Assembly: GCA_036489415.1 (NCBI GenBank)
Contig: DASXFS010000014.1
Span: forward strand, 52,936-116,935
Source of the DNA: Terracidiphilus sp.
GTDB lineage: Bacteria; Acidobacteriota; Terriglobia; Terriglobales; Acidobacteriaceae
DNA: 64,000 nucleotides
Reading direction: 5' to 3'
The notes beneath the pieces were generated by a model, which saw nothing but the letters and a program-made list of their open reading frames with translations, searched no databases and was not told the DNA's origin. Positions within the stretch are counted from its first letter, which is position 1. Each line of letters starts with the position of its first letter. Below are positions 47,479-57,638 of the stretch, in pieces. Made by a program: the position numbers and the translations under genes.

Positions 47479-48060
47479 ATGAAAAGGCCAATTTATAGGC
47501 TTCTGCTTCTCGTTTTGCTGCTGTCGTTTTCGTCGCTCGCGTTTGCGGGACCGGTCACGACATATTCAATCAACTTTGAACAGTACGCTGAGTTCACGCA
47601 GATCACCAACCAGTACTCCTCTCAGTTTGTCAACTTCACAAATGCACTCCAGTTGGTGGCGCCAGACTATGACTACTTCGATTTTCCGCCGACTTCGGGC
47701 AACGGCGTAATCACCAACGACCCCAACGATCCCATCCAGCTCAACTTTTCCACGGATGTCAAGAACGTCAGCGGATGGTACGCCGATCCTTACGGCGTGA
47801 TCGTGACTGCCTATAACAGCACTGGTGGCGTGCTCGATACCTTTAACGGCGCCGGTGTGGATGGTTCAGATCTGGAGTTCGACGTATCCAGCTATAACGC
47901 CATTTCCTACATCACCATCAGCGACCTTTACGGCATCCCGGATGACGAAACCGTGGACGATATCAGTTACACGGTAACGCCTGAACCTGGATCGTTTCTG
48001 CTGCTTGGCACCGGACTTCTCGGTCTGGCAGGAGTTCTGCGTCGCAAGCTCGTTCGTTGA
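47479..48060 (+). CDS. PEP-CTERM sorting-domain protein
   Basis: Signal peptide; C-terminal VTPEPGSFLLLGTGLLGLAGVLRRK. Confidence 0.9.
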   Translation: MKRPIYRLLLLVLLLSFSSLAFAGPVTTYSINFEQYAEFTQITNQYSSQFVNFTNALQLVAPDYDYFDFPPTSGNGVITNDPNDPIQLNFSTDVKNVSGWYADPYGVIVTAYNSTGGVLDTFNGAGVDGSDLEFDVSSYNAISYITISDLYGIPDDETVDDISYTVTPEPGSFLLLGTGLLGLAGVLRRKLVR

Positions 48061-48135
48061 TCCATTGACCGGGTTCGCGAGTCCGGATCAGCGCACCTCC
48101 GGCTCGAGAACCGCCCACCTGCACAAGGAGAGACT

Positions 48136-50493
48136 ATGGTTTGTAGAAGTAAATCAGCTTGCCTCGTCCTGACTCTGTCCGCGTTGGTGTTCAGCGTCGC
48201 CGTTACCGCAAAAGCCGAGGCCAAACGGCAACTTGTCACGGGGAGAATCGATGCCAAGGTTCTCACAACGCTCCGGGGCAACACCCGCCCCGAAGCCAAC
48301 CTGCAAAACGATCGCGGTCCGGTTTCTGCCGATTTGCAATTGGATCACCTGATGCTGCTGTTGCAGCGTCCGCCTGAGCTCGAAGCCCAACTCACGAAGT
48401 TCATCGACGATCTTTACAATCCGAGTTCGCCTAACTTCCACAAGTGGCTGAGCGCGGCCCAGTTCGGACAGCAGTTCGGACCCGCGCAGAGCGATGTTGA
48501 AACGGTCACCCGCTGGCTCGAATCGGAGGGCTTTACCGTTAACGTGGTCTACTCCAACAACATGTTCATCGATTTCTCTGGCACTGCACGCCAGGTCGAA
48601 GCCACCTTCCACACCGAGATCCACAACTACGAGGTGAAAGGCGAGGCCCATATCGCCAACTCACGCGATCCGCAAATTCCCGCCGCGCTGGGGCAGGTTG
48701 TGCGTGGGATCGTCTCACTGAACGACTTCAAGGCAAAGACGATGCACGAGCTGGTTCATCAAGCTCACGTCGATGCCAAGACTGGAGAACTGCGGACCGA
48801 ATACACCCACACAGGCGGCTCTGCGACTGGCGGAGTGACACCGAACTACGACAACGCCAATGGTGAAGAACTGGTGCCCTACGATCTGGAGAAGATCTAC
48901 AACATCGCTCCTCTGCTGACCGCCGGCATTTCTGGCCAGGGCATGAAGATTGTGGTGGTGGAAGACACAAACCTCTACAACTGCAACTCGACGGGTGCCG
49001 CCGGCGCCGCTGGCACGCCTTGCAGCGCCACCAGCGACTGGGCCGTCTTCCGCAATACCTTTGGCCTGGGCCGGTACACTGCCGGCAGCCTTACGCAATC
49101 GAACCCGGCTCCGCAGACTGGCGCCAACAACTGCACAAATCCCGGCGACAATTCCGACGATGTGGAAGCCGCCATCGACGTCGAGTGGTCCACGGCGGCT
49201 GCGCCCAGCGCATCTATCGTGAACGCTTCCTGTTCAGATCCACGGACCGGATTTGGCGGCCTCACGGCAATCCAAAACATCCTCACTCACCCCAATGCGG
49301 ATAACGTCGACGTGATCAGCATGAGCTACGGGGAGTCGGAAGAAGATTCCGGCGCCACGTTCAATGCTTCCTTCAACACCACCTTCCAACAGGCTGCGGC
49401 TGCGGGCATCGCTGTCTTTGTTTCCGCCGGCGACGAAGATGCGGCCAGTTCAGACGGCGGCGGCGCAGACTGCACCGGGTTCCCTGCCTCAGACAATGGG
49501 GACTTTGGCTGCGCCGTACACGGCATCACCATCAGCGGCTGGATGTCCTCGCCGTATGATGTCTCGGTCGGCGGTCTGGACTTTGCCGATACCTACCTTG
49601 GCGAGAACAGCACCTACTGGCTTCCCGCAAACAATGTCTACTATGGCTCCGCCAAGTCGTACATCCCGGAGCAGCCATGGAATGACTCCTGCGCATCGAC
49701 GCTGCTGTCCAACTACACGACTGGAACTCCAGCGGCCTATGGCCCAAGCGGCTTGTGCAACACCGCATACGGTGAGAACTTCCTTCTTGCCGTCGGCGGC
49801 AGCGGCGGTCCCAGCGCCTGCGCTACCGGTTCGCCCACCGTGTCAGGTGTCGCCGGCGGCACCTGCGCTGGATACGCCAAGCCTTCCTACCAGAGCGCTT
49901 ACATCGGTTCTATGGCCGGCTTGCAGAACGATAATGTTCGCGACACGCCCGACGTGGCTCTGATGGCTGCCAACGGCCTGTGGGGACACTATTACGCGGT
50001 TTGCTACTCGAATCCCGCGAACAACGGCAATGGCGGAGAACCCTGCACTGGGCAGCCAGTTAACTGGCCAGGCTACGGCGGAACTTCGGTTTCGTCGCCC
50101 ATCTTTGCTGCAATCCAGGCATTGGTGATCCAGCACAAGGGCGCCCTGCAAGGGCTTCCCCTGGCCCGCTACTACCAACTCGCGGCCGCTGAATACGGCC
50201 CGACCGGCAGCGCGGCCTGCAATTCCACCAACGCCACCGGCGCCGGTTCCAGCTCTTGCATCTTCCACGATGTCACGCTGGGCGATAACGATGCCAACTG
50301 CCAGTCTGCTTCAGTTAGAAGCGGTAAAACGACTACTACTGAGACGTTCAACTGCTACTTGGACGGGGCCAACGTCGGGGTGCTCTCCACAAGCAACTCT
50401 GCCTATCAGCCGGCCTACCTCACAACGACCGGCTGGGATTTCGCCTCCGGCATCGGCAGCGTGAACGCCTATAACCTGGTGATGTCTTACTAG
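48136..50493 (+). CDS. S53 (sedolisin/kumamolisin) serine peptidase with pro-domain
   Basis: Pro-domain SPNFHKWL...FG..FG; catalytic EAAIDVE, SAGD, GGTSVSSP; GWDFASGIGS. Confidence 0.92.
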   Translation: MVCRSKSACLVLTLSALVFSVAVTAKAEAKRQLVTGRIDAKVLTTLRGNTRPEANLQNDRGPVSADLQLDHLMLLLQRPPELEAQLTKFIDDLYNPSSPNFHKWLSAAQFGQQFGPAQSDVETVTRWLESEGFTVNVVYSNNMFIDFSGTARQVEATFHTEIHNYEVKGEAHIANSRDPQIPAALGQVVRGIVSLNDFKAKTMHELVHQAHVDAKTGELRTEYTHTGGSATGGVTPNYDNANGEELVPYDLEKIYNIAPLLTAGISGQGMKIVVVEDTNLYNCNSTGAAGAAGTPCSATSDWAVFRNTFGLGRYTAGSLTQSNPAPQTGANNCTNPGDNSDDVEAAIDVEWSTAAAPSASIVNASCSDPRTGFGGLTAIQNILTHPNADNVDVISMSYGESEEDSGATFNASFNTTFQQAAAAGIAVFVSAGDEDAASSDGGGADCTGFPASDNGDFGCAVHGITISGWMSSPYDVSVGGLDFADTYLGENSTYWLPANNVYYGSAKSYIPEQPWNDSCASTLLSNYTTGTPAAYGPSGLCNTAYGENFLLAVGGSGGPSACATGSPTVSGVAGGTCAGYAKPSYQSAYIGSMAGLQNDNVRDTPDVALMAANGLWGHYYAVCYSNPANNGNGGEPCTGQPVNWPGYGGTSVSSPIFAAIQALVIQHKGALQGLPLARYYQLAAAEYGPTGSAACNSTNATGAGSSSCIFHDVTLGDNDANCQSASVRSGKTTTTETFNCYLDGANVGVLSTSNSAYQPAYLTTTGWDFASGIGSVNAYNLVMSY

Positions 50494-50514
50494 AAGCTTC
50501 ATCAGTTCACAACC

Positions 50515-50551
50515 AAACGGCGGGGAGCGTGACAGGCTCCCTGCCGTTTTT
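50515..50551 (+). terminator. Intrinsic terminator
   Basis: AAACGGCGGGGAGC...GCTCCCTGCCGTTTTT. Confidence 0.8.
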
Positions 50552-50729
50552 CTTCTCCTCCGCCTCTCTTTCAGCCCGACTGCAAGCACCCAATCAAGCG
50601 TCCCACATTCCGCGGGGGTCGTTAACAGCATCTCAGGTACCGTCAGCGGCCGGGATGCCTTGGGGTTAAACCCTGGCTGGTTCATACGCTGTGCATGCTT
50701 ACTGTCTTATTCACTTATTATCAAATAAA

Positions 50730-50765
50730 GTTGACACTAAGTCACTCAATCATGCATCCTATAAA
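50730..50765 (+). promoter_or_regulatory. dnaK promoter region: -35 TTGACA overlapping a HAIR-like inverted repeat
   Basis: TTGACA-CTAAGTC-ACTCAA vs the HspR HAIR core TTGAGT-N7-ACTCAA; -10 element ambiguous. Confidence 0.4.
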
Positions 50766-50800
50766 AGTCAGAATTCTACGAAACAGGCGGGTCCCAAAAC

Positions 50801-52717
50801 ATGGCAAAAATCATCGGTATCGACCTCGGCACCACCAACTCGTGCGTCGCGGTCCTTGAGGGCGGAGAGCCCAAAGTCATTCCAAATGAGGAAGGTGCGC
50901 GCACCACGCCCTCCATCGTCGCTTTCTCGAAAAGCGGCGAGCGCCTCGTTGGCCAGGTGGCCAAGCGCCAGGCCATTACCAACCCCGAGAACACTATCTT
51001 CTCCATCAAGCGTTTCATGGGCCGCCGCTACAACGAAGTGAACGACGAAATGAAGATGGTTCCCTATAAGGTCGTCCAGCAGGGCGATCACATCGCCGTC
51101 GTTGCCCAGGGCAAGGAGTATACCCCGCCCGAAATCTCGGCCATGATCCTGCAAAAGCTCAAGAAGTCTGCCGAAGCCTACCTCGGCGAGACGGTGACCG
51201 AAGCCGTCATCACCGTCCCCGCCTACTTCAACGACGCTCAGCGCCAGGCCACCAAAGACGCCGGCAAGATCGCCGGACTTGATGTGAAGAGGATCGTCAA
51301 CGAGCCCACCGCGGCCGCGCTTGCCTATGGCCTCGACAAAAAGAAGGACGAAACCATCGCCGTCTATGACTTCGGCGGCGGCACTTTCGACATTTCCATC
51401 CTCGAAGTCGGCGAAGGCGTCATTGAGGTCAAGTCCACCAACGGCGACACGCACCTGGGCGGCGACAATCTCGATCAGCGCATCGTCGAGTGGCTCATTG
51501 CCGAGTTCAAAACCGAGCAAGGCCTCGACCTCGCTTCCAAGGGCAACGAGATGGCCCTGCAGCGCCTCAAAGACGCCGCGGAAAAGGCCAAGATCGAGCT
51601 CTCCACCACCGTCGAAACCGAGATCAACCTGCCCTTTGTCACCGCGGACGCTACCGGCCCCAAGCACCTGGTCCGCAAGCTCACGCGCGCCAAGCTGGAG
51701 CAGCTCGTCGGCGACCTTCTCGACCGTTCTCTCGAGCCTTGTAAAAAGGCCCTCGCCGATGCCGGCATCGGCGTCGACAAGATCGACGAAGTGGTCCTCG
51801 TCGGCGGCCAGACCCGCATGCCCCGCATCCAGGAGCTGGTCAAGAAGATGTTCGGCAAGGAGCCGCATCGCGGCGTCAATCCGGATGAAGTCGTCGCCAT
51901 CGGCGCAGCCGTGCAGGCCGGCGTGCTGGCCGGCGAAGTCAAGGACCTGTTGCTCCTCGATGTCACGCCTTTGACCCTGGCCATCGAGACCCTCGGCGGC
52001 GTCGCCACGCAGATGATTCCGCGCAACACCACCATCCCCACCAAGAAGACTGAGACCTTTTCGACTGCGGCCGATTCGCAGACCGAAGTTGAAGTCCACG
52101 TCCTCCAGGGTGAGCGGCCGCTGGCTGCGCAGAACCGTACGCTGGGCAAGTTCAAGCTGGCCGGCATTCCTCCGGCGCCGCGCGGCGTGCCGCAAATCGA
52201 AGTCACTTTCGACATCGACGCCAACGGCATTCTCAACGTCACGGCCAAGGACAACGCCACCGGCAAAGACACCCGTATCACGATTACATCGAGTTCTGGC
52301 CTCAGCAAGGACGAAGTCGAGAAGATGGCCAAGGAAGCCGAAGCCCACGCATCCGAGGATAAGGAAAAGCGCGAAGAGATCGAAGCCCGCAACCAGCTTG
52401 ACGGCTTGGTCTACAACATCGAAAAGATGCTGAAAGACAACGGCGACAAGATCCAGGGTCCGGAGAAAGGTGAAGTCGAATCCGTCCTCGCCGACTCCAA
52501 AGCCACCCTCGCCGGCACGCCCAGTTCCTCCGAGCTCAAGGCCGCCCACGAGAAGCTGACCGCCGCCAGCCACAAACTGGCCGAAGTCCTCTACAAAGCC
52601 AACGCCGCCGCCCCGCAAGGCGCTCCCGGCGCGCCCACCGGCGAACCGGCCGCCGAAGCCAAGAAAGACGAAGGCGTAATCGACGCCGAGTACGTAGACG
52701 TCGAAGACAAGAAGTAA
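50801..52717 (+). CDS. dnaK: Molecular chaperone DnaK
   Basis: [62 protein letters not shown]. Confidence 0.99.
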   Translation: MAKIIGIDLGTTNSCVAVLEGGEPKVIPNEEGARTTPSIVAFSKSGERLVGQVAKRQAITNPENTIFSIKRFMGRRYNEVNDEMKMVPYKVVQQGDHIAVVAQGKEYTPPEISAMILQKLKKSAEAYLGETVTEAVITVPAYFNDAQRQATKDAGKIAGLDVKRIVNEPTAAALAYGLDKKKDETIAVYDFGGGTFDISILEVGEGVIEVKSTNGDTHLGGDNLDQRIVEWLIAEFKTEQGLDLASKGNEMALQRLKDAAEKAKIELSTTVETEINLPFVTADATGPKHLVRKLTRAKLEQLVGDLLDRSLEPCKKALADAGIGVDKIDEVVLVGGQTRMPRIQELVKKMFGKEPHRGVNPDEVVAIGAAVQAGVLAGEVKDLLLLDVTPLTLAIETLGGVATQMIPRNTTIPTKKTETFSTAADSQTEVEVHVLQGERPLAAQNRTLGKFKLAGIPPAPRGVPQIEVTFDIDANGILNVTAKDNATGKDTRITITSSSGLSKDEVEKMAKEAEAHASEDKEKREEIEARNQLDGLVYNIEKMLKDNGDKIQGPEKGEVESVLADSKATLAGTPSSSELKAAHEKLTAASHKLAEVLYKANAAAPQGAPGAPTGEPAAEAKKDEGVIDAEYVDVEDKK

Positions 52718-52752
52718 GACTGGCCGTCAGGGCGTTCCAACGGAGAAACTCA

Positions 52753-52781
52753 GAGGTGGACAACCATTGGTTGTCCACCTC
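52753..52781 (+). terminator. Perfect hairpin downstream of dnaK (possible terminator)
   Basis: GAGGTGGACAACC-ATT-GGTTGTCCACCTC; U tract is weak. Confidence 0.5.
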
Positions 52782-52864
52782 AAGTTGTTCCACCCAGCAG
52801 TTTATTGGTCGGGGGAAACGCAGCGGAATTCATCGTGGCTGTGATGTATTTAAAGGATTTCTGA

Positions 52865-53566
52865 ATGGGAAAAAACAAGCCCGACCCCGAAGTTGTCCAC
52901 TCTGAGAACCTCGCGGCAGTCAAGGACTATTTGGCGGGGTGGAAAGCCTGTCTGGACTCCAAAGGGATCTGGGTAATTGAGCCTTATGCACGCCTTTACG
53001 ACTCCATTGCGTTTTCGACATTGAATAAGGCATATCGCCTGAGTCAGGCATGTCTTCATCTCATAGATAAGGGGTTTTCGGATGAAGCTTACGGGCTGAG
53101 CCGTTCAGTTCTCGAATGCGCCATCAACCTACGCTATCTGATCTTGAATCAGGATGAAATAGATCTGCGATCCAATAACTTTCTGGATTTCTTTCATGCC
53201 GAACGGAAGCATTTTCTCGAACTCTGTCGGACGCAGATCAAGGATAAAGACGCTTTGGCTCGCATCGAAACCCGGGCGAAGTCCGAAGGTGTCGATAAGA
53301 GGTGGTCAGACCCAAGGAAAAGACGTATTAGCGATTGGAAAAAGCTTGAAAGTCATGATTGGGACGGATTCAAGATTGTTACCCAGCCTCATCCGCTCGA
53401 TGCAGATTTGAATCATCGCTGTCAGATCCTAAGGCACTACAGCACTGCCTATCGTGCTTCTTCAGCGATGGTTCATTGCTCGATCCGAGCTCTTGACAAT
53501 AACTTTGCCGTGTCTAATCCAAAAGGGAGATCCCCCGGCTCTGCCGGGGTGGCAGTAGAACTTTGA
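52865..53566 (+). pseudogene. DUF5677-like (HEPN-like) protein, C-terminus replaced by an inserted element
   Basis: EAYGLSRSVLECAINLRYL and Y..AYR..SAMVH motifs; lower GC; last residues (NPKGRSPG...) are read from the insertion. Confidence 0.55.
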
Positions 53567-53729
53567 GAATTCCGGGAGTATCTCCCCACTGTTGTTTCGC
53601 TTTGCCGAAGCCCGTTGTTTAGCAACCCTGCTGCTCTTGCGGTTGCTTTTGCTTTTCACCGGTTGCGATCAGGCCCCTTTGAGGGGCCAGCAACCGTAAA
53701 GCCTCCGGCTCTGCCGGAGGATACTTACT
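53515..53729. mobile_element. Non-autonomous IS200/IS605-like element (about 215 bp)
   Basis: Related subterminal hairpins CCCCGGC-TCT-GCCGGGG and CCTCCGGC-TCT-GCCGGAGG-ATACTTACT plus GGCCCCTTTGAGGGGCC; no TIR and no transposase. Confidence 0.65.
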
Positions 53730-53930
53730 TGCCGGCGACAGGTTGAACCACGCTATTCATTGGTTGAAATTTTCGACAATCGAGATTTGGATCGGTCTGG
53801 CGCCTGATCTATGCAAAATTGCCTTGGCGCTCTTTGGTGACGGATCAGTACCGAAAGCTAGCTTTTCAGGCGTATTTCATGGATTCACTATCGTTTCAAG
53901 CGGATCATCGGGGGCTCGGAAGTCGTCCGA

Positions 53931-55286
53931 TTAACGGCTGTAATTCTGCGCATACGTGTCGTGCGGTAGCCCCAGGGAGCGAGAGCGGCGAGCCAGGGCG
54001 TAGGCCGCGTCCCGGTCCATAATGCCGCCGATAGAAACCAGGTACGGAGCGTGCCCGCGTGGGGTGAAGACCGTAGGCTGCAGTTCCGGATGGCTGCGTG
54101 CGAGGCTGGAGACCATCTTCTCCGCGTCCGTCCTGCGGTGATAGGTGAAGGGGATCACGCGCCAATCGGCGCGGGAACCGGCCGATGCGGACACGCTCGC
54201 GGTTGGCAAGCCCGCCGCGACAGGCTTGGACGCAGGGCTGGTGGAGATATGACTGGCCGATTGCGCGACGGATTGAGAAACGGCAGTGGGCGGCGCGGTA
54301 CTGTGCCGATGCGCATTCCATGCGTGCATAAGTCCCCATGTGGAAAGAAGCAGGAGAAGGGCAACAATGCCGGCAGCGCCGAGCCAGCGGGAGCGCGGTG
54401 AGAAACTCTCCTCCTCGCCCCAGGTACCTTCGTGAGCGGTCGCGCGGGCAAATTGCGCGTTTTGGTCTTCATTGAGGAGAGGGAGAGAGAGCTGCGCTTG
54501 CGGCGGCATAGACGGTTTGGCGGTGGCATTCGGTGCTTTCTGCCCGGCCACGGCCGGTGTTGCCGGAGCCACATTCACCGATTTCGGCGCTGTAGGTTGC
54601 TTTGAACCAGACAAGCCTCCGAGAGCGGCCCTGATGTTCTCCAGTTCCCATGTGCCATCGAGCCCGTTGCGGATGATCTGGCCGAATGGCGGAGGCATGG
54701 CGGAATCGGGAATGCCCTCGACCGATCGCCGTTGAGTCAGCGCCTGGAGGAGTACGGTTGCGAGATCACGCATGTCGTGCTGCTTCGCGGCGCGGCCTTC
54801 TTCTCCCTCCGGCGCTTCGCGGATGCAGTCGCCGCGCAGCTTGACTGCGTCGCCCACGGCAAAGATATTGCGCGGCTCAATGTGCTCGTGAATGAAGCCA
54901 TGTGTGTGCAGCACATCGAGCGCTGCCACCAAGCTGGATGCCAGCTGCGCCACGTCCTTGACGGTCAGATGGCCTTGGTCAAGGACCTCGGCCAGATTCG
55001 CGTCCACCCTTTCAAAAACTGCGTAGACGACCGGGCGGCCATCGAGCTCGGTTTGGCCGAAATGCTCGAACTTGAGGAAGTTCGGATGGCTCAACGCCTC
55101 CACGCAACGCCAGCGGGCAAGAATCTCCTCTTCATCGAAGTGGCACTCGATGAGGCGCACCACCGTTCGCTCGCCGCTGGGGCTGGTTGTGGAAAAGAAT
55201 GCGCTGCGGCCCTCGGGCAACAGAAGCTTTTGCAAAGGGAAAGCGCCGTCGATGGTGACGCCTTCATAGTCGGTCCATAGCTGCAT
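53931..55286 (-). CDS. Protein-kinase-like (pseudokinase) domain, TM segment, SPOR-like domain
   Basis: LSHPN, AL..LH..GFIH..I.P.NI, VKL; TM WLGAAGIVALLLLL; C-terminal WRV..FTY....AE...YLV.IGG. Confidence 0.7.
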   Translation of the reverse strand: MQLWTDYEGVTIDGAFPLQKLLLPEGRSAFFSTTSPSGERTVVRLIECHFDEEEILARWRCVEALSHPNFLKFEHFGQTELDGRPVVYAVFERVDANLAEVLDQGHLTVKDVAQLASSLVAALDVLHTHGFIHEHIEPRNIFAVGDAVKLRGDCIREAPEGEEGRAAKQHDMRDLATVLLQALTQRRSVEGIPDSAMPPPFGQIIRNGLDGTWELENIRAALGGLSGSKQPTAPKSVNVAPATPAVAGQKAPNATAKPSMPPQAQLSLPLLNEDQNAQFARATAHEGTWGEEESFSPRSRWLGAAGIVALLLLLSTWGLMHAWNAHRHSTAPPTAVSQSVAQSASHISTSPASKPVAAGLPTASVSASAGSRADWRVIPFTYHRRTDAEKMVSSLARSHPELQPTVFTPRGHAPYLVSIGGIMDRDAAYALARRSRSLGLPHDTYAQNYSR

Positions 55287-55441
55287 ATGTCAAGTCCTGC
55301 ATGGGAGTGGGGTCAAGGCAGGAAATGCCTAAAGGGCGAGTAACACAAGCAGGCAAGCGAGCCGCGGGTGCTTACGCAGCGGCCCTTGTTGTTAAAGCCA
55401 TTATCGCAAACGATGGCGCCGGGATTTACGGAATGGCGTTA

Positions 55442-55780
55442 CTACTTGAATCCTGGGAGCAGATTCTGTAACCGCTGGTTTGACCCCGTTGGCTTCCAAG
55501 CAAGTTGGCATTCGATCTGTCGTCCCAGACGATCCCGCGAACTCCTGGTATCGAACGTCAACTGGGAAGCGATTGCCGGCGGTTCGCCCTTGGCCGATAC
55601 GACGTAAAGATCTCCGAGACCACCGCGACGAAATGCGATCCATTGACCGTCAGGCGAAAATTTGGCATCGATGCCCCTGCTTGAGCCGACAGGCGGCGAG
55701 GTCAGCGGCGTTCGCTCGCTGGTGGCAACAGACACCAGCGAATACAGGTTCTCGTATTCCCTTACCGGCGAGTCTCACCA
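55442..55780 (-). pseudogene. Remnant of a TolB/PD40 beta-propeller protein
   Basis: LVSVATSERTPLTSPP...KFSPDGQWIAFRR...DLYVVSAKG...QLTFD; no proper start, in-frame stop upstream. Confidence 0.55.
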
Positions 55781-55833
55781 AGTTGAAATCTTCGTCAACA
55801 GCGATGCTTCGGGTGTAACGGGCTCGGGGTTCT

Positions 55834-56700
55834 CTATTCGGTCGAGTAGCGGATCTCGAGCGTGCGTATGCGATAGCAAGAGTAAGTCAGAACGACGGCG
55901 ATCAGGACCAGCAACCCTGCCGTGGCGGCCCATCCGGATATCGGCTCGGTTTCAACTGTCAGTAGGGCAAAGATACCCTCAGCACCGACGGTTACCGGCA
56001 TCAGGTTGCGAAGATACGAAGCCACGCTGATCTTCTGCAGCAAAGACGGAAGCACCGGGTTGATTGTCTCCCAACCGAGCACCAGCATCGCGGCCGGAGT
56101 CGGGTTCCTGAACATCATGCTCAACAAAAGAAACACAGCGCCATATCCAAGACAAGCAAGCACGACGATGAGCAGGTATGCTTCCAACTGTGCCATGCCG
56201 GCTCCATGGAAAATGTAATCGCTGCCGGCGGCGCCGAAGCTGGCGTACATCAGTGCGAAATCGGCGATGATCGCGCTTCCGAACAAGAAAACGGCGCTGA
56301 TGGACCCGGCTGCGAACTTCCCCAGAAGCAGAACCTCTCGCCGCACCGGAGAGAGGAGATAGAAATGCAGGCTACGTTCGATCATCTCTCCACGAATTAA
56401 TCGCGAAAAGATTCCCAGCGTTCCGAAGAAAACCCCGAGCCGGATGTAATAGAGCTGGACGATGCCCGCCAATATGTTCGTGTCCTCGCTCATAGCGAAG
56501 GGCGGATGCTTGTCTACCAGCATGTGGATGGAGATGATGACGGTCGGGATGAACGCAAGGCAGTAAATCCACGCGGCTTTCCAAGAGAAGAGATTCCGTC
56601 TCAATTCAATGCGCGTCAGGCGCTGTGCCTGCACCCACCATAAGCCCCACGGCTGTTGGGCAAGCTTTCTCGCACGGCCGGCGAATTGCGTTTGCGTCAC
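55834..56700 (-). CDS. ABC-2 type transporter permease
   Basis: About 6 TM segments; GEMIERSL.FYLLSPVRR..LLLGKF. Confidence 0.82.
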   Translation of the reverse strand: MTQTQFAGRARKLAQQPWGLWWVQAQRLTRIELRRNLFSWKAAWIYCLAFIPTVIISIHMLVDKHPPFAMSEDTNILAGIVQLYYIRLGVFFGTLGIFSRLIRGEMIERSLHFYLLSPVRREVLLLGKFAAGSISAVFLFGSAIIADFALMYASFGAAGSDYIFHGAGMAQLEAYLLIVVLACLGYGAVFLLLSMMFRNPTPAAMLVLGWETINPVLPSLLQKISVASYLRNLMPVTVGAEGIFALLTVETEPISGWAATAGLLVLIAVVLTYSCYRIRTLEIRYSTE

Positions 56701-57638
56701 GATGGGCTCCCATCCGTGCCAATCAGGTACTGATAAATCGCATTGGCATCATCGTCGGCCGGAGCGACTGCGTCAATCTTGACCAGCCCCTCCACCGCAA
56801 TTCCATTGAGCATGGAATAAAACTGGTCGATATCGGCGGTGCGCAGGAAAACGCCCTTGCCATCCGCATGCAGCCTGGCTTCAACGCAGTGATTGATGGA
56901 GAACATCTTCGCGGCCAGTACTTCGGGGCGGTCGCAGCGAATCAGCACCTGCATCGGCTTCTCGTGCACCTCCTGCCTGACCTGGTGGATATTTCCCTCC
57001 GCGATCAGGTATCCGCCGGTTATCAGAATCACTCGATCGGAGATCCGGTCAACCTCGTCGAGAATATGGCTCGAGATCAGCACATGCATTCCCTGGCGGC
57101 CCAGTTCTTCGAAGAGCGCTATCGATTCAGCCCGTGCCATCGGATCCAGTCCGTTCAGCGGCTCGTCGAGCACCAGCACCCGCGGGTGATGGGCAATGGC
57201 CTGGGCCAGCCGAATCTTCTGCCGCATGCCCTTGCTGTAGCCGGCAATCTTTCGCCCTGCTGCATCGCCAAGCTGTACCCGCTCGATCGCCTGGCTGGCA
57301 AAATCGTCGGCCATGGCTTCTTCCATCCCATGCAGCATCAGGCCGTCCAACACAAACTGCCATCCCGTCAGCCCGCGGGGAAAGAAATCGAACTGCGTGC
57401 AATACCCGACAATGCTGAACAGTTCTGTCTGGTCAGCAGGCGTGAGTCCAAGAACTGAGATGTGTCCGTTTGAAGGCTGAACCAATCCAGTCATGAGGTT
57501 CATGATCGTGGTCTTTCCAGATCCGTTGGGTCCGACCAGGGTGGTGATTCCAGGCGGGATTGACAGCGAAATCCGGTTCACTCCAAGAACCTCGCCGTAG
57601 AACTTCGACACGTCTTCGAAAATGATCCTGTCATTCAT
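56697..57638 (-). CDS. ABC transporter ATP-binding protein
   Basis: GPNGSGKTT, YSKGMRQK, LVLDEP, SSH; start at MNDRIIF. Confidence 0.93.
   Translation of the reverse strand: MNDRIIFEDVSKFYGEVLGVNRISLSIPPGITTLVGPNGSGKTTIMNLMTGLVQPSNGHISVLGLTPADQTELFSIVGYCTQFDFFPRGLTGWQFVLDGLMLHGMEEAMADDFASQAIERVQLGDAAGRKIAGYSKGMRQKIRLAQAIAHHPRVLVLDEPLNGLDPMARAESIALFEELGRQGMHVLISSHILDEVDRISDRVILITGGYLIAEGNIHQVRQEVHEKPMQVLIRCDRPEVLAAKMFSINHCVEARLHADGKGVFLRTADIDQFYSMLNGIAVEGLVKIDAVAPADDDANAIYQYLIGTDGSPS

Noticed and set aside
50768-52618. 616-aa ORF antisense to dnaK
   Set aside because: Long antisense frames opposite hsp70 genes are a known codon-bias artefact; no independent motifs.
53462-53659. 65-aa minus-strand ORF (MKSKSNRKSS...)
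   Set aside because: Lies mostly within the IS200-like mini element and has no transposase motifs; probably spurious.
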